This document shows positions 61,901-64,000 of a stretch of 64,000 nucleotides of DNA, piece after piece (the first letter of the stretch is position 1; every line of letters starts with the position of its first letter). Position numbers and translations under genes: made by a program. The notes below the pieces were generated by a model. It saw nothing but the letters and a program-made list of their open reading frames with translations. It did not search any database and had not been told where the DNA came from. The stretch spans positions 68,326,001-68,390,000 of the forward strand of contig NC_086108.1 in assembly GCF_963921235.1 (NCBI RefSeq), given 5' to 3'. The stretch is from Mobula hypostoma (Eukaryota).

Positions 61901-64000
61901 AAATGGTAGGTCTCTATAATATGTGCTGTTTTCCTTGGTACCAGTAACATGTCTTTGTTTATTATGATGTTTGAAAACATAGGCCCTTTGTCTTTGTGGA
62001 GGAATGACATTTGGCTTTTTAACCATATTTTTGAGATCTGTGGATATCAAGCTTATATTCTATGTGACTATTTTAAGAGGTAAATAGAATTATTCATTTC
62101 TTTACTATTCATAGTGTTCTGCAGGCTTTTTTTCATCAGCTACTTGTTTTGATGGGTGTAATATAAATAAGATTAGATTGAACAGCTGAACTGAAAGTGA
62201 TAGCTAGAAGGAAAAGCCTGTGAAAGGTTGCCAGGGAAACAAGCTAAAGGAAGCTGAACTGAGAGCAGGTGGCAGTCATATGGGAATACCATGAAGCAAA
62301 CAGTAGAAAGGCACTGTGATTGTCTCCACCATTCTACAAGAGCCACAACTTTAATTGTTTCAAAAGGTGTTAATTATATTTCAGTTGGAGGCTACCTCAG
62401 TTCAAGCTATTATTAGACATCTGTGCTTTAAAAGTAAATAACATTTTATTGGGTTTTCTTTCTGTAGAAACCTACTTGTCAAAGGAACAGAAATTATATG
62501 AGCAAATGAGTAAATTTAATTTGGTATATAAAATCTAAACCAGTGAATCACTGCACTCCAATGAGACTACACTGATGATGGCTGCTTAAATTTTATACCA
62601 GAATATTCTGCATGGTCTACCAATACAATAATTTGGATTTGTTGAAGATTGTAATAGTTAACCCAATTATAATAATTGAGTGAATGTGTCTTAGCAAAAA
62701 TAAATTAATTAATTCCTGAATTGAAATCAAAAGCAATGATGCACTCCATTTGCAGAACTGGGGAGAGCACAGATGCCTGGCTAAACCTCTAGTATGAATG
62801 TTCCCAATTTGAGCTAATGGAAATTAAGCAGAATAATACTTTGCATCTACAAATTATGGGATGTGTTAAATTTTATCCTTTATGAATTAAGACATTAGCT
62901 TAAAAGAAAAACTAATTTAATGACCTGAAAAGATCATAGTACAAAATAATGTAAGGTCATGAACAACATTAATAAGGCCTGTGTCTTAGCAAATACATTG
63001 CACAACAAATTTTCACTGTGCAGAATATTATTTGAAGATACGAAGTGAAATGAAAATATGTGTTCCGGGTCACACATCTATACAGTGTATTGTAAGATAT
63101 TTATTTCTATACCTATTCAATATAATTGTTTCCTATAATGTAACATGTTCTTGAAATATCTAAAAATTATCCATTGCACACTAAACAATTCAATAATATA
63201 TTTCTAATACGATTCTAAATAAATCTACAATCAGGAAAATTTTCAGTGTTATTTTAACTAAAGCAGTTTTACAGCATATTAATAAATTGTTTAAGTTATT
63301 GTGTATATTACGTAAAAAGACATTTGTGAAGATTGAGTTTAAATTGTAAAGGTTTAAATGTAAGTTAAATATAAAAGTCATTAAGTACAATTGGAAAACC
63401 ACTACTTCACTAAGCAAACATCATAATTTTGCAGCTATTTTATTATTTTAATCCTTTAGCATTTATGATGACAAATCAGTAACAGCTAAAAAATTTAACA
63501 TGGCATTTAATAGTGTAGCTTACTGCATGAAAACATAAAAGCATACCAGAAATGAATTGTGTGATTCAGACATAATTGATCCAAAAATTACAAATATTTA
63601 CAGTTTATACCTGATAATCTTAACAATCATATTTTAACTGATGAATGTGAGAAGTAGTGTAGAACCTAATCTCTAGCAAACATAAATAAGTTAAACAGTT
63701 GTAGCCTTTTATCAGCTACACAAACCAACTTTTAAGTTTGCAGTTTCGGTTAATGCTGAACTTTATCTTTGTTACTATTTCAACTGGATTTCCCAGACCT
63801 TTTTTTAAGTCAGTGACTTCGTAGAGTACTGTAAAGAATTGTACAAATTATGATATTTTGGAATCCATTATGGTGATTTGATCAGTAACTTAAATATTGG
63901 CAGTTTAACATATCCAGTGCTGTTTAAAAGTAAGTCACATTTAAAAGCTCTAATCTAAATGATAATGGTAGCAGTACAACATTTGTTTAAAAAATGCAGC

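Noticed and set aside
62227..62240. RFX X-box GTTGCCAGGGAAAC
   Set aside because: A good match but isolated, with no CpG enrichment or exon nearby, so it cannot be distinguished from chance.
56300..64000. Short ORFs in the AT-rich right end as coding exons
   Set aside because: No recognisable domains, low-complexity composition and no consistent splice pattern found.

Overview
This is eukaryotic genomic DNA, AT-rich and dominated by transposable elements. The repeat families (CR1, Rex1/Babar-type, L1/Tx1, V-SINE, Penelope-like, Tigger/pogo, hAT) suggest a cartilaginous fish, probably a ray; that assignment is an inference. No complete host gene is visible. There is one candidate first coding exon on the minus strand at the left edge (67-98) inside CpG-rich DNA, and a second orphan CpG-rich block with E2F-type motifs at about 23.4-24.9 kb. 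Nearly all long ORFs in the track are broken retrotransposon or transposase fragments, or their antisense shadows. The most notable signal is a family of Penelope-like element (PLE) termini carrying a minimal type I hammerhead ribozyme, with three identical intact copies (34793-34830 +, 43391-43428 -, 45983-46020 +) and at least six decayed ones. They occur in an inverted-arm PLE with a 16-bp target-site duplication (TSD), in a 133-bp ribozyme-only insertion with a 6-bp TSD, and in a 216-bp fold-back element with a 15-bp TSD. Two multi-level TE nests can be resolved to the base using TSDs: CR1 > Tigger > palindromic hAT MITE > PLE, and Tigger-like > L1 > Rex1. Ribozymes in PLEs are established knowledge; the tiny and fold-back derivatives are what merit follow-up. 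Boundaries without a quoted TSD or TIR are approximate, and family names come from motif recognition, not database searches.
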